Of a DNA stretch of 42,122 nt, positions 25,973 to 35,157 are shown one piece after another. Every line of letters begins with the position of its first letter. The stretch's first letter is position 1. The stretch comes from a virus (Duplodnaviria > Heunggongvirae > Uroviricota > Caudoviricetes). The stretch is from IMG/VR virus record IMGVR_UViG_2778261299_000011. The stretch is one strand, 5' to 3'. The position numbers and the translations under genes are program-made. A model generated the notes under the pieces. That model searched no databases. It was not told the DNA's origin and saw nothing but the letters and a program-made list of their open reading frames with translations.

Positions 25973-26523
25973 GTTTCAAAAGCGGTGTAACAACGAGGGT
26001 GGATAACGCTCAGGCCATTCTGGATGCGCTCAGGTCGTTAACCAAAAAAGATGTGCTGGTCGGCATCCCTTCGGAAGACAGCGAGCGGGATGATGTTCCG
26101 TTTGGTAATGCGGGCATCGGTTACCTCAACGAATACGGCTCACCGGCGCAAAACATCCCGCCACGACCTCACCTGGTCCCCGGCGTTAAATCGGTAGAAG
26201 AACAGACAGTGCCGCAGCTCAAAGCAGCGGCGCAGGCTGCGCTTGATGGTAATGCGGCGGGTGCGGAAAGAGCGCTCAACCGTGCCGGAACGCTGGCCGC
26301 TAATGGCGTCAGGCGTTACATGACCATTACCGGCTTTACGCCGCTTGCTGACAGTACTGTTGAAGCCCGGGCTCGTCGGGGGCGCAAGGGGGCAACACTG
26401 GAACTTACCCGGCGTGCTGCTGGCGAATCCCCGGGAACCGAACTGGCGAAACCATTAATTGACACCGGGCAATATCGCAGAGCGATTACCCATGTAGTGA
26501 GGGATAAAGATGCCGACTCTTGA
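25969..26523 (+). CDS. Head-tail joining protein (HK97 gp10-like), 184 aa
   Basis: ATGA overlap with the preceding gene. ...VLVGIPSED....[21 protein letters not shown] resembles the HK97 gp10 family. Confidence 0.5.
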   Translation: MSFKSGVTTRVDNAQAILDALRSLTKKDVLVGIPSEDSERDDVPFGNAGIGYLNEYGSPAQNIPPRPHLVPGVKSVEEQTVPQLKAAAQAALDGNAAGAERALNRAGTLAANGVRRYMTITGFTPLADSTVEARARRGRKGATLELTRRAAGESPGTELAKPLIDTGQYRRAITHVVRDKDADS

Positions 26524-26899
26524 TGTAACAGATGTGCTTTTTGACCCCGATTTTTGCGACTTCAATTTGTGGGTAACACGCCGAGTGCAAACGGTTGATG
26601 AGGACGGGATCGGCAGCGACAGTGAAGTTAAAAAGCAGTTTGCCGGAGTCGTAACTGTTGATCGCTCTCTGGAAAACCGCCGTATGCAGGCAGGGCAGGT
26701 AATCAGCGGTGCAATTCTGATTGTGACGACTGAGCGACTGACGCAGGGACAGACTGGCCGTGATGCCGATATCGTGACGTATCAGGGTCGTGATTATCGT
26801 GTGACCTTCGTCGACCCGTATACAGCTTATGGGGCCGGATTCGTTCAGGCGCATTGTGAGTTGATGCCGTTTGATGGGGGAACTCCGGTTGAGCAATAA
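26510..26899 (+). CDS. Neck/tail-completion protein, 129 aa
   Basis: Overlapping operon ORF. The call is positional. Confidence 0.45.
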   Translation: MPTLDVTDVLFDPDFCDFNLWVTRRVQTVDEDGIGSDSEVKKQFAGVVTVDRSLENRRMQAGQVISGAILIVTTERLTQGQTGRDADIVTYQGRDYRVTFVDPYTAYGAGFVQAHCELMPFDGGTPVEQ

Positions 26900-27437
26900 C
26901 ACCAGTACAGAGCGCGGATGGTTAATACCAACCAGTGGCGATCCGGATTATGACGAAGCGCTCGACAGGCTGTTAAGCCAGTGGATGCGTAACGTTTCCG
27001 GCCTGTCTGCCGGGATGGTTCGCCCGCGCTGGCAGAAAGAGCAGCCGCCACTGCTACCGGTTGAAACGAACTGGTGTGCGTTTGGGGTTATCGGATGGTC
27101 AGGTGATGACAGTCCGGCATTCACCAGACAGACCGATAATGGCTCTCAGCTCTGGCGGCATGAAACGATTGAGTGTATGGCTTCGTTTTATGGACCGGCG
27201 GGGATGGTGTATGCGTCCCGGTTTCGTGACGGTATATCTGTGCCGCAGAACAATGCAGCACTGAATGCGCTGGGGCTGTCTCTTGGTGATTACACAGGTC
27301 TGACTCCCTTCCCTGAACTTATTAATCAGCAATGGGTCCGCCGCTACGATATGACGGTGCGTCTGCGCCGGAAGGTTGTGCGCGAGTACGGTATTAAATC
27401 GCTGGTGGAAGCACCAGTCATCTTTTTCGGAGATTAA
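26871..27437 (+). CDS. Neck/tail-terminator-like protein, about 182-188 aa (start uncertain; TTG 26889 possible)
   Basis: Overlapping operon ORF directly upstream of the sheath gene. Confidence 0.45.
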   Translation: MMGELRLSNNTSTERGWLIPTSGDPDYDEALDRLLSQWMRNVSGLSAGMVRPRWQKEQPPLLPVETNWCAFGVIGWSGDDSPAFTRQTDNGSQLWRHETIECMASFYGPAGMVYASRFRDGISVPQNNAALNALGLSLGDYTGLTPFPELINQQWVRRYDMTVRLRRKVVREYGIKSLVEAPVIFFGD

Positions 27438-27440
27438 GCT

Positions 27441-28586
27441 ATGGCACAGGGCTTGCCTGTATCAAACGTTGTTAATGTTGATGTGATCATGTCGCCGCGT
27501 GCAGCATCAGGGCGAAATTTTGGTGCATTACTCATTCTCGGCCCGTCCACAATAATTCCGGTAAGTGAGCGCATTCGCCGTTATTCTGCCGCGGAAGATA
27601 TTGGAAAAGATTTTGGCGTGGAATCACCAGAATATAAGGCTGCGCAGGTGTTTTTCTCACAATCACCGAAACCTCAGGAGGTTTTTGTTGGTCGTTGGGT
27701 GAAAACGAAGGGAGACAGCGAACAGGCCACGCCTGAGACGCTGGAGCAGGCTGTGAATGCCATGCTCGATTATACTTCATGGTATGGGCTGGGGATTGCA
27801 GACGATGAAGATATTCCGGATGCAGACTGGCTGAAAGTGGCTGCGGCGATCGAATCCTCTTCTGTAAGCCGTATTCTGGCGATTACGACAAGCGATGAGA
27901 AATGCCTGCAGACTGCATCCAGCGATGATTTGGCATCAAAACTGAAAACCGCCGGATATTCACGCAGTTTTATTCAATATTCATCGGGTAATAAATACGC
28001 TGCGTTATCTGCATTTGGCCGGGCATTCACGGTTAATTTCAATGGCAGTAATACCGCGATTACGCTCAAGTTTAAGCAGGAGCCGGGTGTCGGGTATGAA
28101 ACACTGACAGTCAGCCAGGCATCGGCACTTGATGCAAAAAACTGCAATGTGTTCGTGTACTACCAGAATGATACAGCTATCCTCCAGCAGGGAGTGATGG
28201 CTAACGGCGATTTCTTTGATGAACGCCACGGCCTGGACTGGTTACAGAATTATGTGCAGACCAACCTCTATAACCTGCTTTATACCAGCACCACGAAAGT
28301 TCCCCAGACTGAAGCCGGTATTACCCGACTGTTATCAAATGTTGAAAAATCACTGGATCAGGCCGTTCAGAATGGACTGATTGCTCCGGGCGTATGGAAC
28401 GGGGGCGACCTTGGCCAGTTGTCATCAGGTGACACGCTGCCCAAAGGTTATTACGTATACGCCCAGCCGCTGGATGAACAGGCACAATCAGAACGTGAAG
28501 CCCGTAAGGCTCCGGTGATTCAGGCTGCAATAAAACTTGCAGGCGCGGTTCATTACGCTGACGTACAGATTAACGTTGTTCGCTAA
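27441..28586 (+). CDS. Contractile tail sheath protein (DUF3383-type, from memory), 381 aa
   Basis: Sheath-tube-chaperone-tape measure order. Size is consistent with a sheath. Confidence 0.7.
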   Translation: MAQGLPVSNVVNVDVIMSPRAASGRNFGALLILGPSTIIPVSERIRRYSAAEDIGKDFGVESPEYKAAQVFFSQSPKPQEVFVGRWVKTKGDSEQATPETLEQAVNAMLDYTSWYGLGIADDEDIPDADWLKVAAAIESSSVSRILAITTSDEKCLQTASSDDLASKLKTAGYSRSFIQYSSGNKYAALSAFGRAFTVNFNGSNTAITLKFKQEPGVGYETLTVSQASALDAKNCNVFVYYQNDTAILQQGVMANGDFFDERHGLDWLQNYVQTNLYNLLYTSTTKVPQTEAGITRLLSNVEKSLDQAVQNGLIAPGVWNGGDLGQLSSGDTLPKGYYVYAQPLDEQAQSEREARKAPVIQAAIKLAGAVHYADVQINVVR

Positions 28587-28596
28587 GGGGAAGTGA

Positions 28597-29037
28597 ATGT
28601 CTACCTATTCTTTTATGGATGTCACTGCGACGCTGACCGGGCCGACCGGTTCGATTGACCTCGGGTACGGTTCTGCAAGTTCTGAAGAGGGGATTGTGGT
28701 TGCGATGGGCGGTCCTAAAAACACCATGACCATCGGTGCTGATGGCGAAGTGATGCACAGTCTCCATGCAGATAAAAGCGGGACGATTACCGTTAACCTT
28801 CTGAAGACATCACCGACAAATAAAAAATTGTCGCTGGCGTATAACGCACAGAGCCAGTCTTCGGCCACATGGGGGAATAACGTTATTGTGATCCGAAACA
28901 AGGTCAGCGGCGACATCATCACGGCACGTAGTGTTGCGTTCCAGAAACAACCGGATAATGCCAACGCTAAAACCGGTAATACGATGCCGTGGGTGTTTGA
29001 CTGCGGCAAGATTGACCAGGTTCTCGGGGAGTTTTAA
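28597..29037 (+). CDS. Tail tube protein, 146 aa
   Basis: Lies immediately after the sheath gene, with typical size. Confidence 0.65.
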   Translation: MSTYSFMDVTATLTGPTGSIDLGYGSASSEEGIVVAMGGPKNTMTIGADGEVMHSLHADKSGTITVNLLKTSPTNKKLSLAYNAQSQSSATWGNNVIVIRNKVSGDIITARSVAFQKQPDNANAKTGNTMPWVFDCGKIDQVLGEF

Positions 29038-29040
29038 TAC

Positions 29041-29493
29041 ATGGAATTCGAAATCAAAGGCGTGAAATATCGCGCGGCAAAACTCAGCGTTTTTGATCAG
29101 CTGAAAGTGATCCGCAAACTTCTGCCGGTGCTGGCAGGAATGATGTCAGATTTCGGGAGCATTCGCTCCCGTTTGCCTGCTGATGGCAAAATCGACACCG
29201 TGAAATTCGAGCAGTTAAAACCGGTGTTTGAAACCATGCTCCCGCGTATCGCTGAGGAACTGTCTTCCCTGACCGAAGATGACACCAGTGCGATTATTCA
29301 TCCCTGTCTTGCGGTGGTATCGCGGCGTCATATGGACGGATGGGTTCCGGTATTTACCCAGGGCGAACTGATGTTTGATGATATTGACTTGCTGGTCATG
29401 CTGCATCTGGTGGCGCGGGTGGTCGCCGATTCGCTGGGAAATTTTTTGCCTACACCCCTTACCAGCACGACGCAGAGCCTGCAACAGGGCTGA
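29041..29493 (+). CDS. Tail assembly chaperone (short form); -1 frameshift form would extend to 29681
   Basis: Located upstream of the tape measure gene. The slippery heptamer G GGA AAT lies at 29436-29442, with an open -1 frame to TGA at 29679-29681. Confidence 0.7.
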   Translation: MEFEIKGVKYRAAKLSVFDQLKVIRKLLPVLAGMMSDFGSIRSRLPADGKIDTVKFEQLKPVFETMLPRIAEELSSLTEDDTSAIIHPCLAVVSRRHMDGWVPVFTQGELMFDDIDLLVMLHLVARVVADSLGNFLPTPLTSTTQSLQQG

Positions 29494-29670
29494 CGTTTAA
29501 CAGCCTGCCGGACGGGCTGTCTTACCTTCTCAATCCGGTTGACGCTGGGTTAATTCCTTATACAGCACTTAAAGATGGCTCTGTCGATTTGTACGACATT
29601 GCTCTCTTGAATGACCATCTGGCGGTAAAAGCGGATAACCAGCGGCGCATTGAGAAATGGAGAGAGGATA

Positions 29671-31659
29671 ATGAACGCTGAAACTATTAAAGATTTCCTC
29701 GTCTCGCTTGGCTTCAGTGTGGATGATGCAGGAGCGAAAAAGTTCGGTTCTGTCCTCGCCGGTACAACTGCAAATGTCATCAAAATGGGACTGGCCGTTG
29801 AAGGAGCTGCGCTGTCCGTGGTGGCCTTCACGGCTAAGATCGCCTCCGGCCTGGATAATCTTTACTGGGCGTCACAGCGCACCGGCGCGACAGTCCAGGG
29901 AATTCAGTCTATTGGCTATGCGGTTTCGCAGGTTGGCGGCAGCGTGGACGCTGCGCGCGGGTCACTGGAGAGCCTTGCCCGTTTTATCCGTAATAACCCC
30001 GGGGCTGAGGGATTTCTGAATCGTCTGGGGGTACAGACACGGGATGCCAGCGGTAACATGCGTGACATGGCCGCTATTTTTACAGGTGTAGGACAGAAGC
30101 TCAGCGGCATGCCGTATTACCGGGCTAACCAGTATGCGCAGATGCTGGGCATTGACGAAAATACCCTTATGGCGATGCGCCGGGGTGTGGGTGGTTTCTC
30201 CGGGCAGTACAGCGCAATGGCGAAAGCTATCGGCTTCAATGCTGACGAGGCGGCCAGAAGCTCCAACAAATTTATGACCTCCCTGCGTGAGTTTAGCGCG
30301 ATGGCAGGCATGGCCCGTGACAAAATCGGCTCTAATCTTGCGGGTGGGCTTGCGGGTTCGCTGGACACCCTGCGCCGCCATATCCTGGACAACTTCCCTC
30401 GTATCGAGCAGACCCTGACGAAAGCCATAAAAGGCATTCTGGCGCTCGGGGATATTATCGGGCGGCTGTTCTTCAGACTGATTGAAGGAACATCAGGCCT
30501 CATCACCTGGTGGCAATCGCTGGATAAGCAAACGCGGGAGTTGATCTCGCTGTTTGGTGCACTGACGATTGCGCTGCGCATTCTGAACAGTACGTTCTGG
30601 ATGTCGCCGATTGGCCTCATTACCGCGCTGGCGGCGGGTATTGCCCTCCTGTGGGAGGACTATCAGACCTGGAAGGAAGGCGGCGACAGCCTGATTGACT
30701 GGGGCAAGTGGAAACCGGAGGTTGATGCCGCGCTGAAGATGGTTCGTGACCTTAAAACGACCGTTAACGACCTGGTGAAAGCGCTGGCGAAACTGCTCAA
30801 TATTGACCCCAAATCATGGTCCCTGAAGTGGGATTTCAGCAACTTCATCGACCAGATGGGCGAATTCAGCAAAATGCTGAACATGATCGCCGACCTGCTC
30901 AACGCTATCAAAGATGGCCGCTGGGCTGATGCCGTCAGCATCAGCAAACAGATACTTAATCAGGGCAGCGAAAATCCGTCAGCGATGCCGATGGTTACAG
31001 ACAGCGCTAACAGTACTGCCGACTGGATTAAAGAGCACTGGGGATTCGATCCCCGCAGTGTGGGCCGGACGGTACGCGGCTGGTTTGGTGATGATGAGCC
31101 GGAACAATATGCACAGGCTACGAAACGAGGAGAACGGAATAACAATCCGGGAAACCTTAATTTTGCTGGTCAGGCAGGGGCTTCTCTTGAACGCCCGGGC
31201 GGGCGATTTGCCAGATTTGAAACTGCTTTTGATGGATTACGGGCTCTTGCTCGTCAGTTAATGCTGTACGCCGGACGGGGAATAAACAGTGTGGAGAAAA
31301 TTATCTCTACCTGGGCACCTGCGTCTGATAATAACAACACAACTGCGTATATCAGGGCTGTATCGCAACGACTGGGAGTGGATCCCCGGGCTGCCCTGAA
31401 TATGAGCGATCCGCAAACCATGTCAGCATTGATGAGCAGCATTATCCAGCATGAAAATGGAAGAAATATCTATTCTCGAGAGCTGATTAATAAGGCTGCC
31501 GTGGCGGGAATTAGTGGCAAAATGACAGAGGTTAACCAGCAAAATACTTACCACATTTACGGTGGCGGAGATCCGCACGCTGTCGGTAATGAGGTTGCAC
31601 GTCGGCAACAGTCTGCAAATGCTCAGGTCATGCGAAGTAATCAGGTGAGGGTGGGTTAG
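29671..31659 (+). CDS. Tape measure protein, 662 aa
   Basis: ATG 29671 follows GGAGAGAGG. The product is long, Ala/Gly/Leu-rich and helical with central hydrophobic segments. The C-terminal ~170 aa (…ERNNNPGNLNF…IIQHENG…) looks like a separate globular domain. Confidence 0.85.
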   Translation: MNAETIKDFLVSLGFSVDDAGAKKFGSVLAGTTANVIKMGLAVEGAALSVVAFTAKIASGLDNLYWASQRTGATVQGIQSIGYAVSQVGGSVDAARGSLESLARFIRNNPGAEGFLNRLGVQTRDASGNMRDMAAIFTGVGQKLSGMPYYRANQYAQMLGIDENTLMAMRRGVGGFSGQYSAMAKAIGFNADEAARSSNKFMTSLREFSAMAGMARDKIGSNLAGGLAGSLDTLRRHILDNFPRIEQTLTKAIKGILALGDIIGRLFFRLIEGTSGLITWWQSLDKQTRELISLFGALTIALRILNSTFWMSPIGLITALAAGIALLWEDYQTWKEGGDSLIDWGKWKPEVDAALKMVRDLKTTVNDLVKALAKLLNIDPKSWSLKWDFSNFIDQMGEFSKMLNMIADLLNAIKDGRWADAVSISKQILNQGSENPSAMPMVTDSANSTADWIKEHWGFDPRSVGRTVRGWFGDDEPEQYAQATKRGERNNNPGNLNFAGQAGASLERPGGRFARFETAFDGLRALARQLMLYAGRGINSVEKIISTWAPASDNNNTTAYIRAVSQRLGVDPRAALNMSDPQTMSALMSSIIQHENGRNIYSRELINKAAVAGISGKMTEVNQQNTYHIYGGGDPHAVGNEVARRQQSANAQVMRSNQVRVG

Positions 31660-32246
31660 TGGATATTCTCTCTACACTTTTTCATCAGCAGAGCAGAAAA
31701 ATAGGAATGATTGTTCCCAGTGTTGTTATTTCAGAGAAGCATACAGATATGCTTGAAATAACAGAGCATCCGGTAGAGGTCGGGGCCGCTGTCGCTGATC
31801 ATGCCTATAAAAAACCGTCAGAAGTGGTGATGGAGGTTGGTTTCGCCGGTGGCGGCGCATTGCTGGCTTTTGCCAGTAATCTGACGGCTACCAGCCTGCT
31901 CGGCCTGAGTCCTCAGCAGACGTATCAGGAGCTACTGGATCTGCAGGAAAGCCGTATCCCCTTCGATGTGGTAACCGGTAAACGACTGTACAGCAACATG
32001 TTGATCCGGGCGCTGGAAGTGACGACGGACAAGACAACCGAAAACGTCCTGTCCGCCGTCCTCACCCTGAGGGAGGTCCTTATCTCCCGGACGCAGCAGA
32101 TTACCGTCGCGGATAAAACCAACATGAAGGAAGGGGCCAGCACGTCGGCGGTACAGAATAGCGGCAACAAAACCACAAAGCCTCCAGATACTTCACTGCT
32201 GAAAAGCATCACGGGTAACGTGGCGTCATTACTGGGAGGCGGCTAA
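31659..32246 (+). CDS. Tail/baseplate assembly protein, 195 aa (GTG start overlapping the TMP stop)
   Basis: Operon register only. No family recognised with confidence. Confidence 0.45.
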   Translation: MDILSTLFHQQSRKIGMIVPSVVISEKHTDMLEITEHPVEVGAAVADHAYKKPSEVVMEVGFAGGGALLAFASNLTATSLLGLSPQQTYQELLDLQESRIPFDVVTGKRLYSNMLIRALEVTTDKTTENVLSAVLTLREVLISRTQQITVADKTNMKEGASTSAVQNSGNKTTKPPDTSLLKSITGNVASLLGGG

Positions 32247-32548
32247 TGACAATTCAGGAAATTCCGCTGACAGCGGACAACCAGCAGTTCAGCATCGTCT
32301 TGGGTGGTGTCACTTGGCAGATTAGCATCATATGGCGCGATCCTTACTGGATTATGGACCTGCAGAACGACAGAGGGGAGCCGGTAATCTCCGGTATTCC
32401 TCTCGTCACTGGCGCTGATCTGCTGGCGCAGTACGCCTGTATGGGACTTGGTTTTAAGCTGGTGGTGGTCTGCGATGACAACACACAGGATTATCCCACG
32501 AAAACTGATCTGGGCGGCCTCAGTCATTTACTGGTATCAACGGAGTAA
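32246..32548 (+). CDS. Small tail/baseplate protein, 100 aa
   Basis: ATGA-type junction with the preceding gene. The call is positional. Confidence 0.45.
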   Translation: MTIQEIPLTADNQQFSIVLGGVTWQISIIWRDPYWIMDLQNDRGEPVISGIPLVTGADLLAQYACMGLGFKLVVVCDDNTQDYPTKTDLGGLSHLLVSTE

Positions 32549-32550
32549 GC

Positions 32551-33612
32551 ATGTCACAGAACTGGATGAGACATTTCGAGCTGCAGCTTGTGGACGGGAA
32601 CGGTCAGGGAATTGAGCTAAGTGATTTCAAAGTCACCTTTACGATCGACTGGTTCAACATCAGCAGCGCGTCCCGGGTAGGGACTATCAAAATTTATAAC
32701 CTCTCGGCAGATACTGTGAACCGAATCACCGGGCAGGAATTTTCGAAAGTGCGTCTGATTGCCGGTTACGACGGTGTCGCGCCAGAGGTGTCAGCAAGCG
32801 ACGTAGGGACCGTGCGGGAAGTTGACGCGGCGGACGTGGGCCAGAGAGATGGCCGCAACTACGGACTGATTTTCAGCGGTGAAATTCGCTACTCGGTCAC
32901 AGGAAAAGACAGTCCGGTTGATACCTACGTCCTGATTCAGGCAGCAGATACTGATCTGGCTTTTGCCACCAGTATAACCTCACAGACGCTGGCTGCCGGT
33001 TACACGGTCGCTGATGTGAACCGTGCGCTGATGAAAGACTTCGAAGCCAAAGGCGCGACCGAAGGCCTGACGCCTGAAATGCCTGCTACTGTATTCCCCC
33101 GGGGGCGGGTACTCTTTGGCATGACGCGGCATCTTATGGATAACGTAGCCGGTCAATGTGGCGCAACATGGCAATTCGTGGACGGTCAACGCCAGATGGT
33201 GGAGAATAACGAATATGTTCATGAAGCGATTGTGCTCAACAGCGCTACCGGGCTTATTGGCATGCCGCAGCAGACTATCGGTAACGGCGTAAACGTCCGC
33301 GCGCTTATTAATCCGAACATCCGGGTTAACGGACTCATTCAGCTGGATCAGGCTTCCGTGTATCGTACCGCCTTGTCGAACAACGATATTGCGATGGCTG
33401 GTGGTCAGATCACCGACCAGAACACGGATGGAAATATCACGCTAAGCGGCACCACATCGCAGCCTGCCAGCATCGCAACGGATGGCGTTTATATTGTGCG
33501 CGGGATTATGTACACTGGCGATACAAGGGGCCTGGCGTGGTACATGGATATGATGTGCGAAGCGCGTGGCGCGGCGGATCTCCGCACTCAGGACTCGCTT
33601 AACCGGGGGTAA
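32551..33612 (+). CDS. Baseplate hub-like late tail protein, 353 aa
   Basis: Position between the tape measure block and the spike gene. Size is typical of Mu gp44/P2 gpD-type proteins, but the family was not verified. Confidence 0.5.
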   Translation: MSQNWMRHFELQLVDGNGQGIELSDFKVTFTIDWFNISSASRVGTIKIYNLSADTVNRITGQEFSKVRLIAGYDGVAPEVSASDVGTVREVDAADVGQRDGRNYGLIFSGEIRYSVTGKDSPVDTYVLIQAADTDLAFATSITSQTLAAGYTVADVNRALMKDFEAKGATEGLTPEMPATVFPRGRVLFGMTRHLMDNVAGQCGATWQFVDGQRQMVENNEYVHEAIVLNSATGLIGMPQQTIGNGVNVRALINPNIRVNGLIQLDQASVYRTALSNNDIAMAGGQITDQNTDGNITLSGTTSQPASIATDGVYIVRGIMYTGDTRGLAWYMDMMCEARGAADLRTQDSLNRG

Positions 33613-33614
33613 AT

Positions 33615-33956
33615 GTGAAAGCCTTAGCCATTTTAATTGTTGCCTTTATGTCATTTGGGGCATCTGCAAGCGGTTACACCGCTTATTGTGGACCTTACAC
33701 CATCACTGCAAGGTTGGGGGAAATGGACATGATTAACGGTGAACGCGTCACATCTCAGAAAATTACAAATCTTGGTGCTGATGGCATTAAGATTGATATG
33801 GGGCTAATGCCTGCCAAAGACGGCAACAACTACGGCTTTGAATACATTCGTCGTCCGGGTACCGAAACGCGCTTCCTGAACGTCCAACTGCTGCAGAACA
33901 GCATGGATGCGCCGAAAATCATCGGCTCTTTCCCGTGTAAAAAGGTTTCTGGTTAA
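33615..33956 (+). CDS. Small secreted protein (signal peptide), 113 aa, GTG start; moron
   Basis: MKALAILIVAFMSFGASASG is a signal peptide. GGGGG lies 5 nt upstream of the GTG. It is not a recognisable virion component. Confidence 0.55.
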   Translation: MKALAILIVAFMSFGASASGYTAYCGPYTITARLGEMDMINGERVTSQKITNLGADGIKIDMGLMPAKDGNNYGFEYIRRPGTETRFLNVQLLQNSMDAPKIIGSFPCKKVSG

Positions 33957-34022
33957 CCAAAAGTTACATTTCTGCATAGTGTTGAGTTTGTTCACATTCA
34001 CTAAATAATGATTTTTTATCGC

Positions 34023-34111
34023 TTGCTAGGTGGTTGCATGATCACTAAACTTTGCGAACTTTTAGCGCTCAGCTAACTTTGAATAAGTGGTGTATAGTCG
34101 TTTAAAACGAC
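34023..34111 (+). promoter_or_regulatory. Candidate moron promoter and palindromic operator
   Basis: TTGCTA, 17 nt, then TAAACT (34023-34051). A perfect palindrome GTCGTTT-A-AAACGAC lies at 34097-34111, just upstream of the SD AGAGGG. Confidence 0.4.
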
Positions 34112-34124
34112 AGAGGGATTGGGT

Positions 34125-34697
34125 ATGGCGATTAGCTACGCATTTGCGCTGGCAACAATTACACAACAAATGAATCAGGTTCAGGAAGCTGTTAACGGTG
34201 CTTTCAAACCCCTGATCTCTAATGCTTGTGAACTGCCACAACGATTAGATGCTGAAGAGGCATTTCGTCGTTGTACCGCGATTGCTGCACGCGCTCAAGA
34301 AATCGAAAATACCGCGAAGGAAGGCATGTCTCATCTCGAAGCTTTTCGAAATGGAAGAATCATTGTTGATGAGCTTCCGGAAGGGTTTTTATCCCATCTC
34401 GAAGGTCTTGCCAAGGCATGCCGAAATGCTAAAGGACATTTAGTGGATATGTTCTCTGAAGCGGAAAGGTCCCCTATGTGGCAAGGCCATCTGCAAATGT
34501 TGCGCCCATTAAAACGCAAATATGTTCGTGCGTTGACCGCCGTCGAGAACACTGCAACTCAGTTGGCCGCTGAAGTTAGGCAATCGCAGCCTTTCCAGGC
34601 TGAACTCTTGTCAGATAATGTTACCCGTGAAGAGGCGATTGAACTGATCTCAACATCGCATAAGATGCTGGGAGCCGACGCCCCTAAATGGATGTGA
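34125..34697 (+). CDS. Unknown 190-aa helical protein, putative partner/antitoxin of the downstream YafO-like protein
   Basis: ATG 34125 follows AGAGGGATTGGGT (the track start TTG 34119 is also possible). The stop lies 1 nt before the next ATG. No motif recognised. Confidence 0.6.
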   Translation: MAISYAFALATITQQMNQVQEAVNGAFKPLISNACELPQRLDAEEAFRRCTAIAARAQEIENTAKEGMSHLEAFRNGRIIVDELPEGFLSHLEGLAKACRNAKGHLVDMFSEAERSPMWQGHLQMLRPLKRKYVRALTAVENTATQLAAEVRQSQPFQAELLSDNVTREEAIELISTSHKMLGADAPKWM

Positions 34698-34698
34698 C

Positions 34699-35115
34699 AT
34701 GGCAAAAGTCAGTATCACGGGAGAATTGCGTCATTTAGCTGCAGCACATAAGTATGCTCAAATGCTTGCCGATTATATTTCAAAGGGTTCCCAGTTCTGG
34801 TGTTTTGGTTCGTTAGGCGGTTTTGAACGTAACTATGATGCGATGGCTGCCAACATCAGGAAAATTCACTTAAAGCTACCTGGCGATAAACCCTGGCCTC
34901 CAGAAGCATCTCTGAGTGAACGGACATGTGATAATTTTTTGGTATATGCTCAGCATCTTTATATCGATGAACACTATCAGATATTGGCAATCATCAGCCC
35001 AAACGCTCATCAGCAAGCTGATTCGATGCTTCCCCGGCTGATAAAATTAGCAGAGGAAACCTTCATAGAACTTCCTCCTGATGAACTCGAAAAATTGAAA
35101 ACCTACGATTCATAA
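34699..35115 (+). CDS. YafO-family toxin-like protein (ribosome-dependent mRNA interferase family), 138 aa
   Basis: Ordered motifs shared with E. coli YafO as I recall it: IRKIHL/VAHIHL, PWPP/PFPP, SERTCDNFLVYAQ/SRTNDEAHLVYCQ, QILAIISPNAH/WLLIAILKPEPH and LAEETF/MAEAF. Confidence 0.65.
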   Translation: MAKVSITGELRHLAAAHKYAQMLADYISKGSQFWCFGSLGGFERNYDAMAANIRKIHLKLPGDKPWPPEASLSERTCDNFLVYAQHLYIDEHYQILAIISPNAHQQADSMLPRLIKLAEETFIELPPDELEKLKTYDS

Positions 35116-35140
35116 ACCCGCCACCCGGCGGGTTTTTTGC
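35115..35140 (+). terminator. Strong rho-independent terminator closing the moron
   Basis: AACCCGCC-ACCC-GGCGGGTT followed by TTTTTTGC, overlapping the stop codon. Confidence 0.85.
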
Positions 35141-35157
35141 TTTCTGGAGCCTACTAA

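Noticed and set aside
34081-34098. TTGAAT...TATAGT as the moron promoter
   Set aside because: The spacing between the hexamers is only 8 nt. TATAGT lacks a usable -35 at 16-18 nt, so the TTGCTA-17-TAAACT candidate further upstream is preferred.
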